Shown here: positions 9,316 to 24,300 of the stretch, in pieces
Layout: every line of letters begins with the position of its first letter
How positions within the stretch are numbered: position 1 is the stretch's first letter
Origin: the human T2T-CHM13v2.0 reference genome, Homo sapiens
Direction: 5' to 3' (one strand)
Assembly: GCF_009914755.1 (NCBI RefSeq)
Contig: NC_060946.1
Length of the DNA stretch: 64,000 nucleotides
Notes under the pieces: generated by a model
Seen by the model: only the letters and a program-made list of their open reading frames with translations
Told to the model about the DNA's origin: nothing
The model's database searches: none
Translations under genes and position numbers: made by a program

Positions 9316-12300
9316 CAGGAACTCACTCCGTCACCCAGGCTGTAGTGAAGTGGCACAATCTCAGCCCACATTTCATTTCACCGTGCCATTCCATTCCATT
9401 CCATTCCATTCCACTCCACTCCACTCCACACCACTCCACTCCGCTCCACTCCACTCTACTCCACTCCACTGCACTCCTTTCCATTACATCCCATTCCATT
9501 CCTCTTTATTCCCCTCTACTCCACTACACTCTACTCCACTCTACCCCACTCCATTCCATTCCACTCTAATCCGTTCCATTCCTTTCTTTCGATAGAATCT
9601 CACCTGTCACCCAGGATGGAGTGCAGTGGCACAATCTCAGCTCACATTTCATTTCACCATTCTATTTCCTTCTATTCCATTCCATTCCATTCCATTCCAT
9701 TCCACTACACTCCTCTCCACTCCATTCCATTCGATTCCAATCCACTCAACTCCACTCCACTCCATTCCATCCCATCCCATTCCATTCCACTCCATTCCAC
9801 TCCACTCCACTCCACTCCATTCCATTCCACTCCATCCCATCCCATTCCATTATATTACATTCCACTCCACTCCACTCCACTCCACTGAATTCTACTCCAT
9901 TCCATTCCACATCATTCCATTCTATTCCTAATTCTATTCCATGGCATTCCATTCCATTCCATCCTTTCCAATTACACTCCATTCCACTCCATTCCTCTCC
10001 TCTCCATTCCATTCCATTCCAATTCCAATCCATTCCATTCCATTCCATTCCACTCCATTCCACTCCACTCCATACCATTCCATCCCATTGAATTCCAATC
10101 CACTCCACTCCACACCACTCTTCTCCATTCCATTCCGTTCCACTCCACCCCATTCCATTCCACTCTGTTCCACTAGACTCCACTCAAATCCAGTCCCCTC
10201 AACTCCACTCCACTCCACCCCACTCCATCCCATTCCATTCCCCTCCATTCAATTCCATTCCTTTCTTTTGACAGGATCTCAATCTGTCACCCAGGCTGGA
10301 GTGGAGTGGCACTATCTCAGCTCACATTCAATTTCACCATTCCATTCCATTGCATTCCATTCCACTCCATTCCATACCATTCCATTCAATTCCATTCTAA
10401 CGCACTGCAGTCCACTCCACTACACTCCATGCCATTCCCTTCCATCCCATTCCATTCCACTCCATTCCACCCTAATCCACTGAAATTCACTCCATCCCAC
10501 TCCACTACATGCCATTCGATTCCATCCTATTCCATTCCACTCCGTTCCACTTGACTCCACTCCACTCCACTCCAATCCACTCTACTCCATTCCATTCCAC
10601 CATATTCCATTCCATTCCTTTCCTTTGATGGGCTCTCACTGTGTCAAAAAAAAGGCTGGAACACAGTGGCACAATCTCAGCTCACATTTTATTTCACCAT
10701 TCCATTCCATTCCATTCCACTCCATTCCACTCCACTCCATTCCCCTCAACTCCACTCCACTCCCCTCCATTCCATTCCATTCCATTGAATTCCATTCCAT
10801 TCCATTCCATTCCGTTCCATTCCATTCCATTCCATTCCATTCCACTGCACTTCATTCCACTGCAATCCAGTCAAATCCACTCAATTCCAATTCACTCCAC
10901 TCCACTCCACTCCATTCCAGTCCATCCCATTGCATTTTACCTCATTTCTCTCCACTCCACTCCACTCCACTCCATTCCATTCCACTCCTTCCCATTCCCT
11001 TCCACTCCATTAAGCTCCATTCCTCTCCACTCCACTCCAATCCATTGCATTCCAGTATAATTCACTCTCTTACATTCCATTAATTTCTTTCAACAGGATC
11101 TCACTCTGTCACACAGGCTGGAGTGCAGTGGCACTATCTCAGCTCACATTTAATTTCACAATTCCATTCGATTGCATTCCATTGCATTCCACTCCATTGT
11201 ATTCCATTCCATTCCATTCAATTCCATTCCATCCCATTCCATTGCACTCCTGTGAACTCCACTCCACTCCACTCCATTCCATTCCATCCCATTCCATTCC
11301 ACTCCATTCCATTCCAACCCACTCCACTGCACTCGACTCCACTCCATTCCATTCCATTGCACTACTGTGAACTCCACTCACCTCCACTCCCTGCACTCCA
11401 ATCAATTCATTCCATTCCATTCCATTCCATTCCATTCCATTCCATTCCATTGCACTCTATTCCATTCCATTGCACTCTATTCCATTCCATTCCATTCCTT
11501 TCTTTTGAGAGGATCTCACTCTGTCACCCAGGCTGGAATGTGGTGGCACAATATCACCTCACATTTCATTTCACCATTGCATTCCATTCCATTCCATTCC
11601 ATTCCATTCCATTCCACTCCACCCCAGTCTACTCCACTCCGCTCCACTCATTTCCATTCTACTCCATTCCAATCCACTCCACTCTATCCCATTCCTTTCC
11701 CACCCCACTGCGTTCCACTCCACTGCATTCCATTCCATTCCATCTTATTCCATTCCACTCCCTAACACTCTACTCCACTTCATTCCACTCCACTCCAGTA
11801 CACTAAACTCCATTCCATTCCATCCCATTCCATTCCACTCCACCCCACTCCACTCCACTCCATTCCATTCCATTCCATTCCATCCCATTCCATTCCATTC
11901 CATACGATTCCATTCCATTCCATTCCATTCCATTCCATTCCATTCCATTCCATTCCATTCCATACCATTCCATTCTATTCCATTCCACTCTGCTCCACTC
12001 CAATCCACTCAACTGAGCTCCACTCCATGCCATTCCCTTCCATCCTTTTCCATTCCAGTCCATTCCACTCTACTCCAATCAAATTCACTCCATCCCACTC
12101 CACTACATGCCATTCCTTTCCATCCCATTCCATTCCACTGCGTTCCACTCCACTCCACTCCAATCCACTCCACTAAATTCCATTCCACTCCATTCTATTC
12201 CATTCCAATCGATTCCATTCCTTTCTTTTGACAGGATCTCACTGTGTCAAAAAAGGCTGGAATACAGTGGCTCAATCGCAGCTCACATTTCATTTCACCA

Positions 12301-15300
12301 TTCCATTCCATTCCATTCTATTCCATTCCACTCCACTCCATTCCCGTCCACTCCACTCCACTCCCCTCCATTCCATTCCATTCCATTCCATTCCATTCCA
12401 TTCCATTCCACTCTATTCCACTCCATTCCAATCAACTCCACTCCACTCCAATTCACTCCACTCCACTCCACTCCATTCCATTCCATCCGTTTCCATTTCA
12501 CTCCATTCCTCTCCACTCCACTCCACTACATTCCATTCCACTCTGTCCCATTCCATTTCACTCCATTCCACTCCATTCCACTAAATTCCATTCCATTCCA
12601 TTCCATTCCATTCCATTCCATTTCATTCGCTTACATTCCATTCATTTCTTTCGACATGATCTCACTCTGTCACACAGGCTGGAGTGCAGCAGCACTATCT
12701 TAGCTCTCATTTAATTTCAGATTTCCATTCCATTGCATTCCATTCTATTGCATTCCATTCCATTCCATTCCATTCCTTTCCACTCCACCCCACTCCACTC
12801 TACTCCACTCCATTCCATCCCATTCCTTTCCAATCCATTCCACTATACTCCTCTCTACTCCACTGCACTCCATTCTATTCCATTGCATTCAAATCCATTC
12901 TATTCCATTCCTTTCTTTCAACAAGATTTCACTCTGTCACCCATGCTGGAGTGCAGTGGCACAATCTCAGCTCATATTTCATTTCATCATTCCAATCTAT
13001 TCCATTCCATTCCTTTCCATTCCATTGAATTCCATTCCACTACATTCCATTCCACTCCACTCCACTCCACTTCAATCAACTCCACTCCATTCCATTCCAT
13101 TCATTTCCACTCCACTCTAATCCATTCCTCTCCACCCCACTCCACTAAAGCCCATTCAATTCCATCCAATTCCATACCACTCCTCTCCTCTCCCCACCAC
13201 TCCACTCCACTCCCCTCCACTTCATTCCATTCGATTCCATCCCATTCCATTCCATTCGACTCCACTCCTCACCACTCCTCTCCACTCCATTCCATTCCAT
13301 TGCTTTCCACTGCATTCCATTCCACTCCACTCTACTGCATACCATTCCATTCCATTCCACTCCATTCCGTTCCGTTCCTCACATTCGACAGGATGTCACT
13401 CTGTCACCCAGTCTGCACTGCAGTGACGGAATCTTCGCTTACATTTCATTTCACTATTCCATTCCATTCCATTCCATTCCATTCCTCTCCACTCCACTCC
13501 ACTCCATTCCGTTCCATTACATTCCACTCCTTTCCACTCCAGTCCATCTATTCCACTCGACTCCACTCCATTCCATTCCATCCCTTTCCATTACACTGCA
13601 GTCCACTCCACACCACTCCACTCACTGCACTCCATTCCATTCCACTCCATCCCATTCCATTCCACTCCATTCCACTCCACACCACTACACTCCACCCAGC
13701 TCCACTCCACTCCATTCCATTCCATTCCTTTCTTTCGACAGCATCTCAACCTCTCAACCAGACTGGCAGGGAGTGGCACAAACTCAGCTCACATTTCCTT
13801 TCACCACTCCATTCCATTCTATTATATTCCATTCCATTCCATTCCATTCCATTCCATTCCATTCCATTCCACTGCATTCCATTCCATTCCTTTCCATTCC
13901 ATTCCATTTCACTCCACTCCATTCCACTCTACTCCACTCCAATCCACCCCACTCCACCTCACTCCATGGCATTCAATTCCATCCCATTCCATTCCACTCC
14001 ATTCCACTCTACACCACTCCAATCCACTACTTGGCACTCCACTCCATGCCATTCCTTTCCATCACATTCCATTACACTGCATTCCACTAGACTCCACTCC
14101 TCTCCACTTCACTCCTTTCCATTTCATACAATTCCACTCTATTCCATTCCTTTCTTTCCACACGATCTCACTCTGTCACAAAGGCTGGCGTGCAGTGGCA
14201 CAATCTCAGCTCAAATTTCTTTTCACCATTCACTTGCATTCCATTCCATCCCATTCTATTTCACTCCAGTCCCCTCCACTCCATTCAATTTCACTCCATC
14301 CCATTCCATTCCATTCCATTTCACTCCAATACACTCCACTCCACTCCACTCCACTCCCCTCCACTCCATTCCTTTCCATTCCATTCCATTTCACTCTGTT
14401 GCATTCCATTTCTTTCTTTCGACAAGATATCACTGTGTCACCCAGGATGCAGTGCAGTGGCACAATCTCAGCTCACATTACATGTCAACTTTCCATTGCA
14501 TTGCATTCCAAAGCATTCAATTCCATTCCAATTTATTCCATTCAGTTCCTTTCATTTCAATTCCATTCCACTTCGTTCCACTCCACTCCACTCCACTACA
14601 TTCTATTACATCCAATTCCATTCCACTCAATTCCACTCCTCTCCACTCCGCTGCACTCCACTCCTTTCCACCCCATTCCACTCCATTCCACTGCACTCCA
14701 CTCCACCCCACTCCACTCCACTTCCTTCCATTCCATTCCATTCTATTCCATTCCTCGCCATTCCATTCCATTCCATTTCACTCCACTCCACTCCACTCCA
14801 GTCCACTCCATTCCATTCCATTCCACTGCATTCCATTCCATTCTTTTCTTTCGAGAGTATATCACTGTGTGACCTAGCCTGGAGCACTGTGGCACAATCT
14901 CAGCTCACATTTCATTTCTCCATTCCATTCCATTCCACTCCACTCCACTTCATTCCACTCCACTCCACTCCAATACATGCCACTCCTCTCCACTCCTCTC
15001 CATTCCAGTCCACTCCAATCCTTTCCATTCCATCCCTTTCCATTCCACACCTTTCCACTCCAATCAACTCCACTCCATTCCATTCCATTCCATTCCAATC
15101 CATTCCATTCTATTCCTTTCTTTTGACAGGATTTCACTCTGTCACCCAGGCTGGTGTGCAGTAGTACAATAACAGCTCACATTTCATTTCACCATTCCAT
15201 TCCATTCTACTTCACTCCACTCCACTCAATTCCACTCCACTCCACTTCAATCCATTCCGTTCCATTCCATTCCAGTGCCTTCAATTCCACTCCTTTCTTT

Positions 15301-18300
15301 CGGCAGGATCTCCCTCTGTCACACGGGCTGTAGCGCAGTGGCACAATCTCAGCACACATTCCTTTTCACCATTCCATTGCATTCCATTACATTCCATTCA
15401 ATTCCACTCCATTCTCCTCCACTCCTTTCCACTCGACTCCACTCTATTCCATTCCACTCTTCTCCGATCCAATCCATTTCATACCATCCAATTCCATGCC
15501 ACTCCTTTCCTCTCCAATCCAATATATTGCATTCCATTCCACTCCTTTCCATTCCAATATTTTCTTTCGACAGGATCTCACTGTGTCACCGAGGCTGGAG
15601 TGCAGTGGCACAATCTCAGCTCACATTTAATTTCACCATTCCATTCCATTCCATTATATTCCATTCCATTCACTTCCATTCCTTTCTATTCCACTCCATT
15701 GTATTCCATTCTACTAAATTCCATTGCATTCCTTTATTTCGAATGGATCTCACACTGTCATCCAGACTGGAGTGCAGTGGAAAAATCTTAGCTCACATTT
15801 CATTTCTCCATTCCATTCCATTCCATTGCATTCCATTCCATTCCATTCCATTCCACTCCATTCCACTCCATTCCTCCCCACTCCATTCCATTTCACTCCA
15901 ATCCACTCCACTCCACTCTACTCCACTCCACTCCATTCCATTCCCTTCCACTCCATTCCATTCCACTCCATTCATTCAATTCCATTTGACTCCATTCCAT
16001 TCCATTCCACTCCACTCCACTCCATTCCACTCCACTCCACTCCACTCCACTCGACTCCACTCCACTCCTCTCCATTCCACTCCACTCCATTCCGTTCTAC
16101 CTCATTACATTCCATTCCTTTATTTCGACTAGATCTCACTGTGTAACCCAGACTGGAGTGCAGTGGCACAATCTTAGCTCCCATTTCATTTCACCATTCC
16201 ATTCCATTCCATTCCATTCCGTTCCATTCCATTGCACTCCATTCCATTCCATTCCATTCCATTCCATTCCATTCCATTCCATTGCACTCCATTCCATTCC
16301 ATTCTTTTCCTTTGACAGGATCTCACTGTGTCAAAAATCCTGTAATACATTGGCACAATCTCAGCTCACATTTCTTTCACCATTCCATTGCATTCCATTC
16401 CATTTCATTCAATTCCATTCCACTCCACTACATTCAACTCCACTCCGCTCCACTCCACTCCCCTCCATTGCATTCCATTCCAGTCCAGTCCATTCCATTC
16501 CATTCTATTCCATACCATTCCACTCCATTCCACTCCACTCCATTCAAGTCCACTCCACTCTACTCCATTCCTTTCCATTCCATCCCATTCCATTTTCCTT
16601 CATTCCTCTCCACTCCACTCCGGTCCACTCCATTCCATTCCACTCCAACCCATTCAATTCCTCTCCATTCCACTCCATTCCACTCCACTTCACTCCACTC
16701 CATTCTATTCCATTCCATTCCGTTTCACTGCTTTCCATTCCATTCCTTTCTGTCGACAGAATCTCACTGTGTCACCCTGGCTGGAGTGCAGTGGCACTAT
16801 CTCAGCTCACATTAAATTTCACCATCCATTCCTTTGCATTCCATTGCATTCCATTCCATTTCATTCCATTGCATTCCATTCCTTTCCATTGCATTGCATT
16901 CCATTCCATTGCATTCCATTCAATTCTATTCCACTTCTGTGAACTCCACTCCACTCCACTGCATTCCATTCCTTTCAATTCCTTTCCATTCCATTCCATT
17001 CCATTCCATTCCATTCCACTGCACTCCAGTCCACTTAATTCCATTCCATTCCTTTCCACTCCATTCCACTATACTCCACTCCACTCCACTATACTCCACT
17101 CCACTCCACCATACTCCACTCTACTCCACTATACTCCACTCCACTCCACGCCACTCTACTCCACTCCATTCCATTCCATTCCATTCCTCCCCACTCCACT
17201 CAACTCCCTTCCACTCCACTCCTCCCCATTCCATTCCATTCCATCCCTTTCCATTCCACTCAATTCCACTCCACTCCACTCCATTCCATTCCACTCCATC
17301 ACATTCCGTTCCACTCTATTCCACTCCACTCCATCCACTGCATTCCATTCCATTCCATTCCACTCCATTCCATTCAATTCCTTTCTTTCGAGAATATCTC
17401 ACTCTGTCACCAAGGCTGGAGTGTGGTAGCACAATAACACCTCACGTTTCATTTCACCATTGCATTCAATTTCATTCCATTCCATTCCATTCCACTCCAC
17501 TCCACTCCATTCCTTTCCATTCTACTCCATTTCACTCCACTCCACTCAACTCCATCCCATTCCTTTCCACCCCACTCCACTCCACTCCATTCCATCCCAT
17601 TCCATTCCAGTCCCTTCCACTCTACTCAACTCCATTCCACTCCAGTCCTGTCCATTACACTCCATTTCATTACATCCCATTCCATTCAACTCCATTCCAC
17701 TCCACCCCACTCCATTCTATTCCATTCCCTCCTTTCCATTCCATTCCATTCCTTTCCGTTCCATTCCATTCCATTGCATTCCACTCCAATCCATTCCATT
17801 GCTTTCTTTCGACAGGATCTCACTCTGTCACCCAGGATGGAGTGCAGAGGCACAATCTCAGCTCAGATTTCATTTCACCATTCTATTCCACTCTATTCCA
17901 CTCCATTCCATTCCATTCCATTCCATTCCAGTCCACTCCTCTCCACTCCACCCCACTCCACTCCACTCCATTCCATTCCATTGCATTCTACTCTACTCCT
18001 CTCCACTCTATTCCATTCCATCCCTTTCCATTCCACTCCATTACATTCCACTTCACTCCACTCTGCTTCACCCCATTCCATTCCACTCCTTCCCATCTCA
18101 TTCCATTCCAGTCCATTCCACTCTACTCCACTCCACTGCATTCTAATCCATTCCATCCCAGTCCATTCCACTCCACTCCACTGCATTCTACTCCATTCCA
18201 TTCCACTCCAATCTGTTCTATTCCTTTCTGTCGACATGATCTCACTCCATCACCCAGGATGGAGTTAAGCGCCATAATCTCAGCTATCATTTCATTTCAC

Positions 18301-21300
18301 GATTCCATTCCATTCCATTCCACTCCATTCCATTCCATTACATTACATTACATCCCTTCCCATTCCCCTGCATTCCACTCAACTCCAATGAACTCCTCTG
18401 CACTCAATTACATTCCCCTCCATTCCATTCCATTCCATTGCAATCTATTCCACTCCACTCCACTCCATTCCATCCCATTGAATTCCACTCGATTCCACTT
18501 CACTCCACTCCACACCACTCCTCACCCCTCCTTTACATTCCACTCCACCCCATTCCATTCCACTGCACTCTACTCGACTCCAGTCAAATCCAGTCCACTC
18601 CACTCAGCTCCACTCCACTCCACTCCATTCCATTCCATTCAACTCCATTCAATTCCATTCCTTTCTTTCGACAAGGTCTCATTCTGTCACCCAGCCTGGG
18701 GTGCAGTGGCACTATATCCGCTAGCATTTCATTTCACATTCCTTTCCATTGCATTCCATTCCATTGCATTCAATTGCATTATGTTCCTTTAAGTTCCATT
18801 CCATCCCATTCCATTCCACTCCTACACACTCCAGTCCACTTCACTCCACTGCACTCCATTCCATTCCTTTCAATTCCATTCAACTCCTCTCCACTCTACT
18901 CTGCTCCATTCCATTCCATTCCATCCCATTCAATTTCACTATACTGCACTCCACTCTACTGCACTCCACTCCATTCCATTCCATTCCATTCCATTCCATT
19001 CCATTCCATTCCATTCCATTCCATTCCACTCCTTTCCATTCCATTCCTTTCCTTCGACCGGATCTCACTGTTTCTCCCAGGCTGGAGTGCAGTGGCACAA
19101 TCTCAGCTCATATTTCATTTCATCATTCCATTCTATTCCATTCCTTTCCTTTCCATTCCATTCTATTCCATTACACTCCACCCCAATCCACTCTACTCCA
19201 CTCCACTCCATTCCATTCCACTCCATTCCATTCCATTCCATTCCACTCTATTCCACTCTTCTTCACCCCAATGTACTCCACTCCATTCCATTTCATCCAA
19301 TACCATTCCTTTCCACTCCTCGTCCCTTCTCTACATCCCACTCCGTTCCATTTCGTTCCATTCGATTCCTTCCAATTCCGTTCAATTCCACTCCACTCCA
19401 TTCCGCTCTGCTCCTCTCCTTTCCATCCCATTCCATTCCATTCCATTCCATTCCATTCCATTCCATTCCATTCCTTTCCTTTCCATTCCACTCTATTCCA
19501 TTCCATTCCTTACATTCGACAGGATCTCACTGTCACACAGTCTGGAGTGCAGTGGCAGAACCTGAGGTCACATTTCATTTCACTATTCCATTCCATTCCA
19601 TTCCATTCCACTTCACCCCTCTCCACTTCACTCCACTCCACTTCATTCCATTCCATTCCACTACATTCCACTCCAGTCCACTCCATTCAACTCCACTCTA
19701 CTTTATTCCATTCCATTGCATTCCATTCCACTCCACGCCACTCCACTCCACTCCACTCCACTCCACCGCACTCCATTCCATTCCATTCCATCCCATTCCA
19801 TTGCACTCCATTGAACTTCAAACCACTCCACTCCACTCCACCCTATTCCATTCCATTCCTTTCTTTCGACAGGATCTCTCTCTGTCACCCAGGCTGGCGT
19901 TAAGCGGCACAAACTCAGCTCACATTTCATTTTACCATTCCATTCCATTCCATTGCATTCCATTCCATTCCATTCCACTCTACTACACTCCAATCCACTC
20001 CACTACACTCCAATCCACTACACTCCATTCCACTCAACTCCATGCCATTCCTTTCCATCCCATTTAATTCCACTCCATTCCTCTCTACTCCACTCCAATT
20101 CACTCCACTCCACTCCACTCCATGTCATTCCATTGCATCCCATTCCATTCCACTCCTTTCCACTTGACTGCACTGCACTCCACTCCAATCCAGCCCACTC
20201 CAATCCATTCCACTGCTTTCTATTCCACTCCACTTTATGCCATCCCTTTCTTTTGATGGGATCTCACTGTGTCAAAAAAGGCTGGAATACAATTGCACAA
20301 TCTCATCTCACATTTCATTTCACCATTACATTGCATTCCATTCCCTTCCATTCCACTCCACTCCATTCCACTGCACTCCACTCCAGTCCATTCCACTACA
20401 CTCTAATCAACTCCACTCCACACCACTACACTCCATTCCACTCCACTCCACTCCATTCCATTCCATCCCATTTCTTTTCACTCCATTCTTCTCCACTCCA
20501 CTCCATTCCATTCCATTCCACTCCATCCCATTCGATTCCACTCCATTCCACTCCACTACACTCCACTCCATTCCATTCCATTCCATTTCAGTCCATTCCA
20601 TTCCATTCCTTTTCACTCCATTCCATTCCATTCCTTTCTTTCGACAGGATCTCTGTCACCCAGACCTGGATGTAGTGGCACTATCTCAGCTTACATTTAA
20701 TTTCACCATTTGATTCCATTCCATTGCATCCCATTCTATTGCATTCCATTGCACTCCATTGCATTCCATTCCATTCAATACCATTCCATCGTGTTCCATT
20801 CCACTCCAGTGAACTCCACTCCTCTGCATTCCATTCCATTCCATTCCACTCCACTCCACTCCACTCCACTTCACTTCACTCCATTCCATTCTATCCCATT
20901 TCATTCCAATGTACTCCAATGTACTCCACTTCTCTCCACTCCACTCAATTCCGTTTCATTCATTCCACTCCTTACCATTCCATTCCTTTCTTTCAACAGG
21001 ATTTCACTCTGTCACACATGTTGGAGTGCAGTGGAACAATCTCAGCTGATATTTCATTTCACCATTCCATTCTATTCTATTCCACTCCTTTCCATTCCGT
21101 TCAATCCATTTCCACTACATTCCATTCCACTCCACTCCACTCCACTGCACTCTATTCCATTTCATTGCATGCCATTCCACTCCACTCTTCTCCACTCCTC
21201 TCCACATCACTCCACTCCAATCCATTCAATTCCATCCAATTTTATTCTACTCCACTACACTTCCCACCACTCCTCTCCACTAAACTCCACTTCATTCCAA

Positions 21301-24300
21301 TCGATTCCATCCCACTCCATTCCATTCCACTTCACTCCTCTCCACTCCGCTACACTCCATTCCATTCCTTTCCACTCCACTTCACTCCATTCCACTCCAT
21401 GCCACTGCTTTCCATTCCATTCTATTCCAATCCATTCCATTCCATTCCATTCTATTCCATTCCATTCCATTCCATTCCATTCCATTCCATTCCATTCCAC
21501 TCCGCTTCATTCCAATCCACTCCACTCCACTCCATTCCATTCCATCCCATTGCATTCCACTATACTGCACTCCACTCCACTCCACTGCACTCCATTCTAT
21601 TCCCTTCCATTCCATTCCACTCCTTCCCATTCCATTCCTTTCTTTCAACAGGATTTCACTCTGTCACCCACGCTGGAGTGCAGTGGTACAATCTCAACTC
21701 ATATTCCATTTCATCATTCCATTCTATTCCATTCCATTCCTTTCCATTCCACTACCTTCCATTCCACTCTACTGCACTCCACTCCACTCGACCCCATTCC
21801 TTTCCATTCCACTCCACTCTACTCCACTCCTATCCACTCCACTCCATTCAATTCCATACCACTCCACTCCTCTCCCCACCATTCCACTCTACTCCCATCA
21901 ATTTCATTCCATTCTTTTCCATCCCCTTCCATTCCATTCCACTCCACTCCTCTCTACTACCCTACACTCCATTCCATTGAATTTCTTTCCAGTCCATTTC
22001 ATTCCACTCCACTCCACTCCACTACATTCCATTCCATTCCATTCCACTTCTTTCCCTTCCATTCCTTACATTCGACAGGATGTCACTCTGTCACCCAGTC
22101 TGGAGTGCAGTGGTAGAATCTCAGCTTACATTTCATTTCACTATTCCATTCCATTCCATTCGATTCCATTTCAGTCCACTCCACTCCACTCCACTGAAAT
22201 CCAATCCACTCCATTGCATTCCATTCCATTCCACTCCATTCCATTCCAGTGAACTCCATTCCCTCCACTCCACTCCATTCCATTCCTTCCCATTCCATTC
22301 CACTCAATTCCACTCCAGTCCACTTGACTCCACTGCACTCCATTGCAATCCACTGCATGGCAATCCAATCCACTCCATTCCACTACACACCACTCCACTC
22401 CACTCTGCTCCACTCCAGTGAATTCCATTCCATTCCTTTCTTTTGACAGCATCTCACTCTGTTACCCAGGCTGGCATGCAGTGGCACTAACTAGGCTCAC
22501 ATTTCATTTCACCATTCCATTTCATTTTATTCCATTGCATTCCATTCCATTGTATTCCATTGCATTCCATTCCATTCCATTCCACTCAACTGCTTTCCAC
22601 TCTACTCCACTCCATTCCACTCTACTCCACCCCACTGCACTACATTGTATTCCATTCCATCCCATTTCTTTCCACTCCATTCCACTCTACTCCACTTCAA
22701 TCCACTCCACTGCACTCCATGACATTCCATTCCATCCCATTCCATTCCACTCCATTCCAGTTGACTCCAATGCACTCCACACCACTCCACTCCACTTCAC
22801 TCCATTCTATTATACTCTATTCCTTTCCATTACTTTCTTTCCACAGGATCTCACTCTGTCACAAAGCATGGAGTGCAGTGGCACAATCTCAGCTCACTTT
22901 TCATTTCACCGTTCCATTGCATTCCTTTCCATTCCATTTGATTCCACCCTATTTCACTCCACTCACCTCCACTCCATTCCATTCCACTGCTTCCCATTCC
23001 ATTCGACTCCATTTCACTCCGCTCCACTCCACTCTCCTCCACTCCATTCCATCCCATTACATTACTTTTCACTCCATTACATTGCATTCCTTTCTTTCAC
23101 AGGATATCACTCTGTCACACTGGCTGGAGTGCAGTGGCACAATCTCAGCTAACATTACATGTCAACTTTCCTTTGCATTGCAATCTGTTCCATTGCAGTC
23201 CATTGTATTCCGTTCCACTCCACTCCACTCCATTCCACTACATCCCATTTCTTTCTGCTCCATTCCACTGCATTCCACTCCACCCCTCTCCACTCCTCTT
23301 CACTCCACTGCACTCCAGTCCACTCCATTCCATTCCAATCCATTGCTTTCCATTCCATTCCATTCCATTCCATTCCATTCCATTCCATTCCATTCCATTC
23401 CATTCCATTCCATTAGATTCCATTCCATTCCATTCCATTCCACTGCCTTCCATTCCATTATTTTATTTTGAGAGTATCTCACTCTGTCACCCAGCCTGGA
23501 GTGCAGTGGCACAATCTCAGCTCACATTTCATTTCACTATTCCATTGATTCTTTTCTATTCCATTCCATTCCATTCCATTCCACTCCACTCCACTCCACT
23601 CTACTCCACTCCAATTCATTCCACTCCACTCCACTCCAATCCGGTCCACTCCACTCTACTCCACTCCATGCCAGTCCACTCCACTCCTTTCCATGCCATC
23701 CAATTCCATTCCAATCATTTCCACTCCACTCCACTCCATTCCACTCCACTCCATTCAACTCCATTCCATTCCTTTCCTTTCCTTTCCATTCCATTCCATT
23801 CCATTCTAAATCCATTCCTTTCCATTCCTTTCTTTTGACAGGATCTTACTCTGTCACCCATGCTGGAGTGCATTGCACAATCTCAGCTCACATTTCATTT
23901 CACCATTCCATTCCATTCCATGCCATTCCATTCCACTGCACTCCACTCCACTCCATTCCAATCCACTCTGCTCCTATCCATTCTATTCCATTCCATTCCA
24001 ATCCCTTCCATTCCACTCCTTTCTTTCGACAGGATCTCCCTCTCTCACACAGCCTGTAGCGCTGTGGCACAATCTCAACACATATTTCTTTTCACCATTC
24101 CATTCCATTCCAATCCATTCCACTCCATTCCATTCCATTCCATTCCACTCCACTCCTCTCCATTCCTTTCCACTCCACTCCACTCCATTCCGTTCCACTC
24201 TACTTCTTTCCATTTCATTCCATCCCATTCCATTCCCCTCCTTTCCAAACCACTCCACTCTATTCCATTCCATTGCACTCCATTCCATTCCAATATATTC